DNA of 63,496 nucleotides, counting the filler, from Intoshia linei (Eukaryota; Animalia; Orthonectida), in NCBI GenBank assembly GCA_001642005.1. It is 8 parts of 8 records of this genome, joined end to end, with 100 filler letters (N's around TTAATTAATTAA, not from the genome) between each part and the next. Parts side by side here need not be neighbours in the genome. Positions count along the whole stretch, not along the records: positions 13,186 to 32,643 come from LWCA01000731.1; positions 32,744 to 44,880 come from LWCA01001105.1; 6 more parts are not named here. One strand, 5' to 3'. The first letter of the stretch is position 1. Each line of letters opens with the position of its first letter. Positions 27,661 through 41,037 of the stretch are shown one piece after another. A program made the translations under genes and the position numbers. The notes under the pieces are model-generated. The model saw nothing but the letters and a program-made list of their open reading frames with translations, ran no database searches and was not told the DNA's origin.

Positions 27661-28762
27661 GTTACGTGCTATTGATAATGGTTGTTCATTGGTGGGTAAC
27701 ATGTCAGCAGTATTTATTCAACGACTTAACCAATTATTTACCATGTTACAGTACGATAGATTTTTAAGGTTTAGGACAATCCAATAACAACACATAACTA
27801 ATAGAAATTTGATCGCAAATGTACAAAGAACAGTTTATAAAGTTGTTTTTATAAAAATTCACAATTACGTTGCACAATATGCAAATAATGGAAACACACT
27901 GGTAGTGAATTTTGGGGACGACGATGACATAAATATCGACAATATTAATGAAGAAGATAATGGAAAGAATAGACGCGGTGATTTAAATTTGAATCTTGAC
28001 GATATCCCATACATTGAGACGTATACTTAAAGACTGGAAAATAATAAATGAATCTAATATATCAAATGAAATAGATGGTACCTTCACATGTGCTCGTTCA
28101 TTAAATAGCAACACTAGAGACATCATTATTATCCGAGAAGCAGGTTCACAGTTGGATACATAGGTGCGTAACGCTGGAATAGGAGATGGGCTGGTTAACG
28201 CCACTAAAGATAGATCTTTACACGTTATTAATTTTACCATAGCCGAACAAGAAATTGAATTGACACAAAATTTTTTATACCAACAATAGACTAGGTGGGC
28301 TAACATATATCCAGATGTTAATCTTAAATTAAATACACAAGAATTTTTGAACTTAGTACAGTTAACTGTTTACACCAAAGAAACTAAAGTTTATACCATA
28401 TTCATATAATTTAAATCATCTAGAAGTTAAGCCTGTAATTTCATCAAAAATGGGAACTCAGTCTTAGTTTATTACTATGCTCTACCAAGGCGGTTTCTTC
28501 GTTATGCAAAACCATTCGACAGTAGATATCATTGATCCTTTAACATATAACAAATTTTGTTATGATATATTTAAAGACACCGAAAAATAAAGAATATTTA
28601 AAAAAATAAATCGCCAGAATATCAATCGAGCTAACAACCCAATCTGGGAAAGAGTAAGCCCGGGGTGTAACAAACCTTCTTCAATATGGTCTAAGTACCG
28701 AGATGTATTTGGCTACACTATAAACCGCGTTAATTACGATGAAACACGAGCCGAAGCAATGA

Positions 28763-29331
28763 ATGTATGGGGGCAAGATAAAATATTCATGTATATTTTG
28801 TCTTTTTGATGCAACAATAAGAAAAAATTACTATACAACCGAAGTTTGGCCAACTAGAAAACAATATACTATTGGCGAATATAATGTAAATAGCCTAAAC
28901 TCATTCCATCTAAAAATATTATTCATCCTCTTCTTCATATTAAACTTCAGTTTGTTCGAGAACCCTTCTACTGTAAACCAAATAATTAAAAATTATTTCC
29001 TCACAAACCTAATGCAAAAATATTAAATGGTATTTTTACCGACTCACAGATGAATAAAATGTTTAAATGTGCAAAATTTTATCACTCTATCACAGAAATT
29101 CAACTAGATGCTTGGAATTTGTTCAAAAACATTGTGTAATTTCTGACATTTAAACATTTCTTGGTAACAAACGGGGCCCTAATTACCGTTCGCTTCTAAT
29201 CCAATTAATGAGTGCTTATGGTGCTGCTATGGGATGTCTATTGAGTCCCAAAATACATTATGTACAATGTCATTTAAATATATTTCCTGATAATTGCGGA
29301 GCATGGTGAGAGGTTCCACCAGCAGCTCCTC
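28763..29331 (+). mobile_element. Second Chapaev3-like transposase remnant
   Basis: Clear nucleotide similarity to 19090-19698; GGKIKYSCIFCLFDA...FLGNK...MGCLLSPKIHY...EHGERFHQ. Confidence 0.7.
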
Positions 29332-30100
29332 AGGATACAAATCAAAAATTACCACAACTGAGTTTGAGAAATTTATAGAATTGGTACTATATTTTAAAAT
29401 TATTAGAATTCCAGAGTATATGGAATTTTATTACAAAAGATCCTTAATGTATCAACCACTAATTGCTAATATTATGACATACAAAAAATTGTTAACAATT
29501 AACAAAAATATAAGTTTTCGAAGTTCAGATACAAATTCAAATGGAGAAGAATGTATGTTGAATGTAATAATATATCTAAATGCCTTATTTTCTTCGGTTT
29601 ACTTTGGAGGGTGAAATGATTTGCATTGATAAAGTATTGTATGGTAAAATTTTCAGAAATGGTTAGATTTAAAACATATCTTCCCCAAAAACATATAAGG
29701 AAAGGTATGAAAGTTTATATTATGGCAAATTCAAAAACTGGGTTTGTTTCATCTTTGAAGCTTCACCAAAAATCTGGCTATACAAATAAAAATATCTTAC
29801 CAAAGACTATCAACATAAAAATCGGAAATTGTACATGAACAATTTCTATAACAGCATAGTATTACAAAAACTATGAGGAATATAGGGATTTACTGTTGTG
29901 GAACAATTCGACAGAACAGAAACATCCCAAAAATATTTAATAAAATGAAAAAATTACTAAAAAAAAAAAATGATTAAATATCAAAAGGATAAAATAAACA
30001 CAATTATATGGCATGATAAGAGATTAGTATCTCTAATATCTTCTTTCCACGATATTCCAACTAAAATTATTGGTAAAATTACAAAAATTAATGCTAAGAT
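29332..30100 (+). mobile_element. piggyBac transposase remnant
   Basis: EFEKFIELVLYF...; ICID..MVKF..RFKTYLPQK..KGMKVY; LYMNNFYNS; GIYCCGTIRQNR; WHDKRLVSLISSFH. Confidence 0.85.
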
Positions 30101-30345
30101 ACCACTATCAAAGATGCACATGAAAATACACACTGAGATCAAAGATATAACATGCAAATTTTGCAGAAAGGGTAATCAAATCATTTTATAATTCATTAAA
30201 GGATATTTAGGATTTAATCAACAAGGTAATTTTCAGTCATTCACTTACACATATCGGGAATAGAAAATTTTGCTGTCCTTTTTGTGAAAAAAAAATTTTA
30301 ACAAAACACTTTATCAAATACCACCAAAAACGCATTGTAAAAATT
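30100..30345 (+). pseudogene. C2H2 zinc-finger gene fragment retaining a 39-nt intron
   Basis: KMHMKIHTEIKDITCKFCRKG | intron 30172-30210 (GT..AG) | FNQQGN...CPFCEKKF...H, with frameshifts. Confidence 0.6.
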
Positions 30346-30419
30346 CTAAATAAATGAATACTTATTATTATACTTTTATTTATTTTGTTTTATTTTCAAT
30401 TTTTGTTAACTATATCGAA

Positions 30420-31300
30420 AAAATCAGAAAACGTATGGAAATAATTGAATAAGAAAGGATACGATATTCCTACTCCTTCACAATCAAGTATATGTAGGAG
30501 AGTCATTGCAGATGGTAAAAAAATGGAGAATATGATAACGAATCATTTAAAGGGTAATGAAATGTACTCTTTCATTTTGATGGCATAAAGTTGGGCGGCG
30601 TAAAATACCAAGTCTTATGTTTTAAGAATTGTAAATAAGAAATTCGTGTAGGTGTCATTTCCTTGTTGAATTCAAAAGCATCAACAATTTCTGATGGTAT
30701 TATAAATATACTAGAATCTTATAACTACTGGAAATCCATCAAAATGATAATATGTGATACAACTAACACGAATAGTGGAAGATTTGATGAAAAAATTTGA
30801 GAATCGTTCTCTAGATAAACCCCAATATATTGGGTGTCAACGTCATATCTTGGATCGCATTATGAAACACTATAGATTATGTAGCAGGATGCCCAAGTAG
30901 TTCCCCTAATTTAAATCATCAATTTGTAAAGGATATAACTTTTAATTATAATAATCTTGTAGAAAATTATAAATTTACAGCAACAATGATAGTTGACATA
31001 GAAAATCCGGGATAGATAGCGGATTTCAACTTTTATATAAATTAACAAATACTTTTAAATTTTTCGAAAAATACAATTGTTTTCCAAAAAGTCTGTGGCG
31101 TAAATTGCCGTCAATTTCTATAGCTAAATGGAACCTAAAGCAAAAAATTGTTTTTTATATCATTGGAATTTAGAATCTTCCATTATTAAAATTCCTGAAC
31201 CAAATATTGTTGCCGAGCGAGGTATAAAGGTGATGACAGTACTATGGGACGCTTCTAGGAGTAATATATTTGAATTACAAATTTATTCTGACCAATATGT
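30420..31300 (+). mobile_element. hATm-like transposase remnant
   Basis: LFHFDG, MIICDTTNTNSG, YIGCQRHILDRIMK, SSPNL, VAERGIKVM. Confidence 0.75.
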
Positions 31301-31533
31301 TATAACTATATACAGTTTTGGCCACAAAAAACGCATATATTAACCTTTTCACTGTCTGTATATTCTATACTATACACAGCAATTTCACTTCACACGTCGT
31401 GTATTCTATGATATACACAGCATAATTTTGAAAAACTTTATTCTTTTATTATCATACATTTTCACATAGGTAATTTAAAAATAATACAAGTTAAAATTAA
31501 AACATAAATTCCATACGTGTGATGAATGTACAT

Positions 31534-32643
31534 TAGGGTGTTAACCTAGTTAACGAGAAAAAAAGCATTTTTGCCATATGAGTTCATTTTGTATTCTCTA
31601 CAAGTATGTAAAATTTCAGACTCCAATTATTGACGTAACACACGCGCAAAAAAATTAAAGTTTATATAATATCTTTAAAAATCCTTAAATCAATAAAATG
31701 ATAATCAATTTAAAAAATTAATTAAATCACTTAAGTACATGCAATAAAGAAAGAAAAGAGTTTACGGTGGCCTAATCGATAAGGATTTAAATAAAATGAC
31801 AAGATTACCATCTAAGAATAAGGTGTTTGGAAGATATCACCACCTTATTATGGTGAATTCGGGAGTTTCTAAGACTATTATTTTAAATATATTGGCGAAA
31901 GAAATTAATGATTTATGGACTCGTTTTTCATTGGAACCTATCAGTTTAGGATTAATCAACTTAAAACTGAAAAAAATTATCGTTAGTTACAAGAAGTTAA
32001 TAAAAAACATAAATAGAAATAAAACAAAACCTAATTGGGCTGAAATCCTCAACATCAGAGATTATAAAATCAAATTGAAAAGTGAGGATAAAGTTTTCTT
32101 TAACAATCAAGAAGATAAGACAATTTTATATATATATTAATATATTTTCAGTTATACAAGGGAAAAAACCGAGAAAGAGCCTACAAGTGGCCAATTTTCA
32201 ATATGAAAGATATAAAGATGATGAAGGAATTGAAAACGATTTATCTGATATTAATTATGTAAATTTACCCAATAAACTTGTTCCTACAATGTTGGAGTTT
32301 ATAAATCACAACTAAGAGATTTATAAAAAGTCAAAGGTAACTTCATATCATTATATTGGGCACCTGCATGGTTCACTTCACGTTTTAAAAAAAAGCCTCT
32401 TGGTGTGAATTAGAAGTTTTCCTAAAATCTCATCATTATTTCAAGGCTTAAAATGGTATAAGGAGACATTGGACGAAGAAGGAACACCCATTTGATGTAG
32501 CAGATACAATTGAAATTGCCGAAAGAAGTTTGGCCACTATGGGTAGCTACATCAATAGTGTTAAGAGTAACACTATGTTGAAGTCAAAAACTATGTTAAA
32601 GTTTAATTCCATTTTTGATAACAATTAAAGTATAACTATTTTT
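31534..32643 (+). mobile_element. hATm-like element left end plus transposase fragments
   Basis: Starts TAGGGTGTTAAC; RLPSKNKVFGRY N-terminus; later EIAERSLATM. Confidence 0.6.
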
Positions 32644-32752
32644 NNNNNNNNNNNNNNNNNNNNNNNNNNNNNNNNNNNNNNNNNNNNTTAATTAATTAAN
32701 NNNNNNNNNNNNNNNNNNNNNNNNNNNNNNNNNNNNNNNNNNNATTCCAATC

Positions 32753-33024
32753 CAGTGCTTCTCAAAATACTGAACGTCGTGGTCCACGACTAGTGGACCC
32801 TAAAATATTTATATGTAAACATTGTTTTCATCGTGTTAATTTATTTATTTTTTTGTTCTTTAATTATAAACATTGTAAATATTAATTATATTTTTATTTG
32901 GTAAATTTTCAAAAAAAAATTAGAAAAAGGGTTTTCTCCTTTATGATATTCAATTATTCATGAAATAATAAATTACTTTAGAGGTTGCCCCTGTTGTATA
33001 GCATGGACCCTTTGAGAAGCACTG
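32753..33024. mobile_element. hAT-type MITE
   Basis: TIR CAGTGCTTCTCAAA / TTTGAGAAGCACTG; no clear TSD. Confidence 0.7.
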
Positions 33025-33095
33025 TGCTACTGAATATACAGAAATATAATTTATAAATTTTCTATAAATAGAAGTAATTCTGTAAATTGTTATGC

Positions 33096-35550
33096 TTAAC
33101 ATGAAATTTGTCTTTCCCTAATAACAATTTTGTAATGAATTACATAACAACTTATAGGAATTGAATGAAAAACAATAAAATGATTAAATTTGCAATGCTT
33201 TCCAACATTAGGGATTGTGAAAGCTATTTTCATTAATATATTAAATAATTCTTCAGTTTCTGGACTTCGCAAACAAAATTGACGACTAGGTATGTGGTAC
33301 GTATCAAATAAAAGAGTAGACAAAATTTCTACAAGTTGAACAATGATTCTAAATTAGTAATAATGTAAATATATAGACAGCTACTCCATTCGGTATGCAA
33401 ATATTGTAGATTTTTTATTTTCCATTTCCTCAATTTCATCATCCTCACCGATATCATATATTTCATCATCATTAAAATTATTTTCTTCCCAAAAAAATGA
33501 TTTTAATATATAAATTAACGATTTGAAACATTCAATATTCTAAATAATCATGTATATAGTAATATATGATAGTACATAATATATAAATTATGAATATATA
33601 CGCTATTATGAAATGCATAAAATTACATTCCAAAATAAGTGTTTAAATATGTAATTTTGTTGAATTAATAATTTTATATCGAAGAATGTGTCGTATAAGC
33701 TTCGTAAAGATCCATCTATTTTTACAGATAATATCCTTTGTTTAACTTGGTTGAACATATTTGATTGTCTCGGACTAAATTATCAGTTATTTGTAAAATT
33801 TTAGTCTTAATCGTTTTTTAAAGTGATTCAAATACACCAACAATGTGACCATAACTTATGGACAATTTAAAAGTGATGAAAATGAAATAACATTATATCC
33901 ACAACGTTATACATTTTTTTAAAAAAATTTATTTTAATAGGGGAATGTTAACCAATGTATAAAAAATTAATAATATTATGTATATATGGTTTCTATTTTT
34001 CGTTTCTCTATGTCTAAATTATCAAAGTTCCAAGATTGTAAACTATAAAGAGAATACTGTCTTGAATTAAAATAAAATACATTTCAATTTTGTATTTTTG
34101 TGTTAAGCATTCATCGTCATATAGCGTTTTATCTGTTGATTCTTGCTATAAAAATAGTTATAATAAATGGTAAATCAATATTAATACTATATACATTGTA
34201 TCTCGGTAGAAAATATATAAATGGAAACTCTACAACAAACCTAGTGCAATCTTTTTATACCGTGGTCAAGGCGTGAACCACCCAAACATTTTTTTTAAAA
34301 AATTTCCAGTGATCCATTTGTGGTATATGTGGAAGACATTGCCCATTGCTGTTGTAAAACATACATGCAATCGATATGATGTTGAAATTGGTTTTAAATG
34401 TTCTTCTATTTATAACAAAATTACACCCAAAATTAGGGTTGTGGAGAGGGGCTAGGGTAATATGACGGGTCCACAATTCAAAATACATAGGTGATGTTAG
34501 AAAAAAATTTCGTACAGTGGGTTGAAATTTTTTTACTCCAGTCAGTAAACGCTAAAAAAAGTTAAACAATGCATATCTGAACCGTAAAAATATTTTTTAA
34601 ATTTTAATTTAATTTAATTAAAAATATTTCTGACCCGATCCTACCATTTGCTCTCTACAGCCCTGCCAAGACTAGATTATTTATTATATTTATTAATTAT
34701 AATTACAATTTTAAATATCATTAAAGAACATTTTGCATACTCCATAAACTTTGTTTGTTTATTTAAAATATACAAATCTAATGAATTTTCTAAAACATCA
34801 ACTGTATCTCTAAAATTTGTTATAATTAAATCGATATTTCAACTATTCGTAGGTCTAACGTTATATGAAAAATGTCCATTAGACATACCATTCGGAAATT
34901 TACTATAGTTGCATCGTGACTCTGTTTTTACTTATTGTTATAATATACGATATATAAAAAAATATACGATTTTTGATTTTTCTTTAATTTTTTTCGCATT
35001 GTCAATTTACTAAACATTGTCCGCAAAGATGATTTTCTAAATATTTAATTCTTTATTAATATAAACTTTAATGTAATTTTAAAACATAAAAATAAACAAT
35101 AAAATTACGGTTTCGGATCAATATCGGATAAATGTTCGAAATTTTCAAACAAAGTCATTTTAGTTAGTTCTTTGGGTTTCTTTTTATATTTTATACGAAT
35201 ATGTACAGTGTTTTCTCTTTCTGATCCACTCAAAAATGAAGGATATTCATTTATCTATAACAAGTATACTACTACCCTGATCCAACCACAAAAGAGGTAT
35301 AACCAATAATGTAATTTTTGTCATAAATTACCAAATTTATAGATGAAACTTGGCCAAAACTGATAAAAGGGCATATTGATTTAGGAGGGTTTTCAGTAAG
35401 ATAGATGAATTCATCATCAACGAAAGTATACATAAAATCTTTATCACGCTTTGGTGAACATACGAGACAAGCTTCAAAAGCATGTGACCTTTGGAAAGAT
35501 TCCGGGTTCATATGATTTTTCAAAAAATGAATCAACTTTGAATGTTTCAT
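33096..35550 (-). CDS. C12orf56: C12orf56-like (DUF4551) protein, multi-exon
   Basis: SKLIHFLKNHMNPESFQRSHAFEACLVCS...DEFIYLTENPPKSI, then next exon INEYPSFLSGSERENTVHIRI, match my recall of the C12orf56 N-terminus. Start codon and internal exons are approximate. Confidence 0.75.
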
Positions 35551-35691
35551 TCCAATTGATATAACATTTTCACTATTAAACAATTAGTTAATTTAAAAAT
35601 ATTGATTCAACATGTTGCTACAAACATAACCAATATTAATGTTCCATTTAATTTACAAAAAATAACACGTTAAAATACTTTTCTTTAATAT

Positions 35692-38600
35692 TTAATATAT
35701 ACTTCTTTTAACAAAATGTTTAGCATACTTTTTCATAGACGGGTGATTCATAACAATAGTGGATACAATTTTTGGATTTAATTTAAATTTGTTTTCTTTT
35801 AGTATAATTCCAATGCAAGAGTTTACAAATTTTTTATACTTTGAATTTGTCAATGTTAAACTCTAATTTTATTAATTACGATATACATTGTTAATGTTCA
35901 TGTATTACTTGTAAATTATCAGCTATCCATTTTTCACAAATACTTTCGATTCTATTCATATCGTTGATCATTGTTAATTTATTATCTTCAATATGGGTTT
36001 TAACATTTTTAATTTTATTTTTTCCAATTTTTCCGAGAATCTAGATACATATAATGTATATCCTAACTTATATAAAACTTTTTGTGTATCTGTGTCACCG
36101 TTTATTTCAATAACTAAAAGTTCTAGAATTTTAACAAAAACAAATTCCAAGTCAGTTTTTTCCGGGGGAGAAAGTAATATAAATTTTAATCTCAAAAATT
36201 TACACCTTCCCAGTCAAAAAGTAAAAAAAACCCGAGTCCTAGAACGTAAAAAAATATAGTCACTTTTATACAGATTTTAAAATCATGAAGATTATCATAA
36301 ATTTCAATTTCAAAAAGTCATGATTTCAGGGAAAAAATCACAAATTGCCCTTTTATTTAAAAATTAAAATAGTCCTAGAATTTAAAAATTTTTTTTAATC
36401 TTCCAAGCAGAGGTCAAAAAAGCACTTTGATTTTTTTTATTTGGCAACTACTTGTATTTTATTAAAACAAAACATTTCAAATACGATGATTATTATAATA
36501 ATTAAATAATAAATATAATTTAATAGTCCTAAGTTTAAAAAAAGATTATTCTAATAAGGTTTATTCCTCTTGATGTAAATAAAAAATGTCAAAACCATAA
36601 ATATACGTATTCTCGGTAATAATACAATAATATAAGATCAACTTTAATTTTAATTAGTAAACATTAACCAACACTCAAATTAAATTTTATATAAGTAAAG
36701 ATGTCATACCTAAAATTTAGAAAATTTGTAAAAATAGTCAGGCTTAGTAATATCATTAATTCTATAAAATAAATATTATAATTAGCTCAACTTACGATAT
36801 AAAAACTTTCGATTTGTAATATACATATATTAGAAAATTATAGTGTTAATTTATTAATTCCACTACGGTGTAATATTTCAGATACTGACTAAGAATTACC
36901 AAATGTAACGATTCTAAATAATAATTTTCCCTCTTTTAAAAAAAGTGTCAAAGTGGACACCCTATTAAATATGTAAATAAAAGTCTGCAATGCAGCCATC
37001 ATTTCCATTATAATTGAAGGGGGTTTCTAACCCTTGACATATATAACATAATATTTTATAATGTAAATAAGTTACCTCACAGAATACATAATAGGTAATT
37101 ATTTCATCTTTATAAATATTTATTGCGTCTCGAATCAAATCGGTTAACGTAGTAATATCAATTCTATGTAAACAATATATTTATTAGTTAAAAATAGGCA
37201 TACACATATAAAAAAGGGCTCATAAACCTTTTTTGATCTAACGCCCTTAAAAAAGATGATGGATCAATGGATACATACGCAATTTATTTGAAACAATTCA
37301 AAAGTTGAAAGATTTTTAAGAAAAATTTTTTGGTAAACTTTATAGTGCAGGATGTACACAATATAAAAAAAATTGACACTAAGATGTAGCGGGTCAGCAA
37401 TCTAGGAGCAGTTGAGTTTATTTTTACTACTGAATTGCTCATAATTAAAACTAAAAAAAATTTTAAGATTTTTTTAGCCACATCTTTCCTAGCACAATCA
37501 CTAAGCTCATATTCCATAATTTGCTTATATAAGAAATTAACATTCTCTAATTATAAATAAAATAAACCTATCATTACAATTCGTGTTTACATATTCCTTA
37601 TAAAAAAGAGATGATATATATTTATATACTGTACGAAAGTTTGGCGTTTGATTATTTCTAGTAAACGATTCAATGGTTGACAAATATATAGTCAAAAACG
37701 TTGGTTCCTTCTACTCAAATAAATTGATATCAACGTGAAAAAATTACCAAACATGAATAAATTTCATCTTTACATAAACCATGTTTATAAAATAAATCAG
37801 AAATAATTTCATTGATTTTATATTGAATTTTTTTTTTTATGTCATTTTTTTCATAGGATAAATTCATTGCATCCAAATCTATCCATCCAATATTATGTTC
37901 TGGTATAAACCGATAATCTAATTTATTTCGTGGTTTTATTGTTTTCCTATATAATATTATAAAGTATAGTTTATGGTTAATAGTATCACATGTTAAAAAT
38001 ACACCATTTATGATAGACGAAACAAGGCATGATAGGGAGTGCGAAAAGAGATTACTTTGAAAATATGATAATTGACTTTAGTATATTTCAATATAAACAG
38101 ATATTATCTCTAAGCAGAACTGTGGAGAAGGAACCAGGATACATATGTCGGCCCGACATTGTCGGTTAACAATCACCACCGGTCTACTATTATAAATGTA
38201 TAGGTCTGATTTCCCCAAATTCGGCTCCGAAGACCAGTACTGATCTGTAAAAAATTTTTTACTAAATTAAAATCAATTTATTACGGTTTTTATCAAATTT
38301 TTTTAATGCTGCCTAGTAATTTCGCTTTAATGGTCCGCGATAAATTTTATAATTTATTACTGGTCTACAGTGAAAAAAATATTGGAACCCCTGGTACAGG
38401 TAATTTAAGAAAATTTCTTAATTGTGTCAAAATTATTTTATATATTACAATATTCTATTGATCATAATTATGAATTCAATTTAGCCCTAAAACAGCGTTT
38501 CCTAATAGTCGGCTAAGCACCACTGGCGAGGCCTTGGAAATTTCACGAATTTATTGGAATTATGAAAACTTAATATTAATGTAATATTACTTTTGTCAAT

Positions 38601-40599
38601 ACTAGATTGATTGTTATGTTCTTCGTACAAACAACAGTTAGCTCTACCGAGGACAGAATTTTTAATTTAAACACTGTTTTTAAATTTGTTTTAGGTTTTT
38701 GTGGTTGCAATTTATGATGATGCTCATAATTTAAAAAATTATACATAATTTATGTCTTATAAAATTCTGTGATTTTTTTAAATTTTTAAATGGTTTATGC
38801 ATAAATTTGTAAGTTTCTGAGGTTGAGATTTTCGACAATAATAATAATGTTAAAACGCGTCCCACAATTTATGTTCTTTAAAATTCTAAGACTGATAACA
38901 CTGATCTAAAGATTGCTCAAAAATATACCACGTATGTGTATGTGACTAATCAATATAAATTATTACATGGTATTACTATCGAACATTCTACTTTCAGTGT
39001 ACAGTTTTTCTCCTTTATTTAAAATAGTTTTCTGTCGATCAATTTCATACTCTACATATATTTGTTATTAAAATTTAAAATAAGTTCTTTACATCAATCG
39101 AACCAATCATTCATATGAACTGATTCAGTGTCAGAATATTTTTTTGAGTCAACATTTGTTTTTATCAACAGATCATTAAAAAATAATAATAATATATGTA
39201 ATGAAAACTTTTTAAAACGAAACTAACCCAAAATCTATCTATCCCTATCGACAGATACGAACCTACCATGGTGAGGTCACAGTTAAATTAAAAATGTGGT
39301 CTAAAAATTTTGTGTGTGGATGCATAACGTCATATCACTTCTAATCACCTCCATAGCCAATGATTCTAGTATCATGTGTAAAATATAATGATGCTAAAAT
39401 TTAAAAATTGAAATGATGTCTTCACACGTTTGTGAATCACCCTTTAAAAGTTTGGTAATAGTGAATAGTAGCATTTTCAAGCAAGATTTGATTTTTTGGG
39501 TAGAATTAAAAACGTCCGCCCTCGGCAGATTACGAAAAAAAGAAGGAATATTAAAATATGTAGTAAATATTGTCAAGCTAGTATATAATAAATATAATCA
39601 TTAGATTCATTAGTAATTAATAATTAATTCTGTAAATTATAATTACCTAAAGCTTGTTGTATTTCTTTAGTCAAACTTAAATTTTTAATTTCTATTCTGT
39701 AATCAGTTAAATCAAGTTGATGAGGTTTGTGAAGTGAAACAGACAAGTCTGCACGGAATTGTCCATCTTAAAAAAAATTAATAAATAAGGTTAATTAAAA
39801 AAAAGTTATTTATTAGTAATAAACCTGAAATATTAAGTTTAGATATACAATGATTCCAGAGATCAATTCGAATAGATTTAATAAAATCGGTCACATGAGA
39901 AATTTTATAAAAGTCTGGTGCTGTTACAATTTCAAATAAAGCTTCACCTAATAAATAAATTAATTGTAATTACGTCCCAGTCATACCACACCTATCAAAA
40001 TTGACCAAATGTTTATTTTTTTTATCATCAATAATTATCTGACCGGTATCTTGTTCGATTTGTAATTGAATAATACCAACTTTTTTAATAATTGGTTGAC
40101 CATTATTACCCCAATGAATATAATTATATACCCCTTGTTTAGCGATAGGGAAATGCTTTTGCGTAATTTGATATCCAGCCTACAATATATACAAATGTAT
40201 TAGAAAATAAACAAAAATAAACTAAAATTAATAATTTACAGGTAAATCTGAGTAAAAGTAATGTTTCCGTTCGAATAAAGATTTTTTTTGAATTTGACAT
40301 TTTAACATTTCCGAACAATTAACTGCTAACTTTAAAATCTTTCTATTCAAAATCTAATTAAATTAAAATTAAATGGGTATTGTAAATATTTCTCACTGGT
40401 AAAGTGCCGGGCACAGCCAAGTCATGCATGGAAATGTTATTTATATTTGAATATTGAGTAGATAATGATTTAGAAAACAATTTTGATTTTAATTCAGGGC
40501 GCACATGTATTTCTATTCCTATTTTAGGAATTAAATCACAAGTATAATGATGTAGTTTCGCAGATACATTTCCCCATTTACACTTGGATAATTTTTTCA
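35692..40599 (-). CDS. GATB: Mitochondrial Glu-tRNA(Gln) amidotransferase subunit B (PET112), multi-exon
   Basis: IGIEIH..SKLFS; DLAVPGTLP; FERKHYFYSDLP/AGYQITQ; LQIEQDTG; FEIVTAPD; GQFRADLSVS; RIEIKNL; EYEIDRQ...ESRMFD; DYRFIPEHN; Yqey-like tail ending CIGIILKENKFKLNPKIV. Exons between ~36.0 and 37.6 kb are uncertain. Confidence 0.88.
36061..36450 (+). mobile_element. Non-autonomous Helitron-like repeat (intronic)
   Basis: A|TCCTAACTTATATAAAA 5' end plus TGTG tract; shares blocks with 45480, 51904, 58330-58605 and 62490-63152. Confidence 0.55.
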
Positions 40600-41037
40600 T
40601 GCTATATAATAAAATAAACTTTATTTCTAAATATTTCTTTTTTATATATTGACATAAAAGTTGAGGTGAATGTTTTTTATATGATTTTAAATCGGACAAG
40701 CGAATGGGGAGTGGCAAAAATATAAAACAAAGAGAAATGTGGAAATGATGTAAAAATTTAAAAAATTAGTATAATTAAAATTAGTTACAAATAAATTTGT
40801 TCATCCTGAGCCGAACCCACCATGCTCGAGGAATCCGAAAATTAATAAATCTAATGAAAATCGAAACGATGTGTCATGCCATCGGTTCACCCTGTTAATT
40901 CATTTGTTAATAAAATAATTGATAAAATAAATTCTATATTTGAATAAATTCTAACTTGTACATCCTGTATTTTTCGTCAAATTACATGACAACAAGTCGT
41001 TATTGTCAATTAATAAACTAAAATTTTTATATTTGAA

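Noticed and set aside
40800-40895. GC-richer patch as a tRNA or other ncRNA
   Set aside because: No cloverleaf or A/B boxes seen; more simply promoter sequence.
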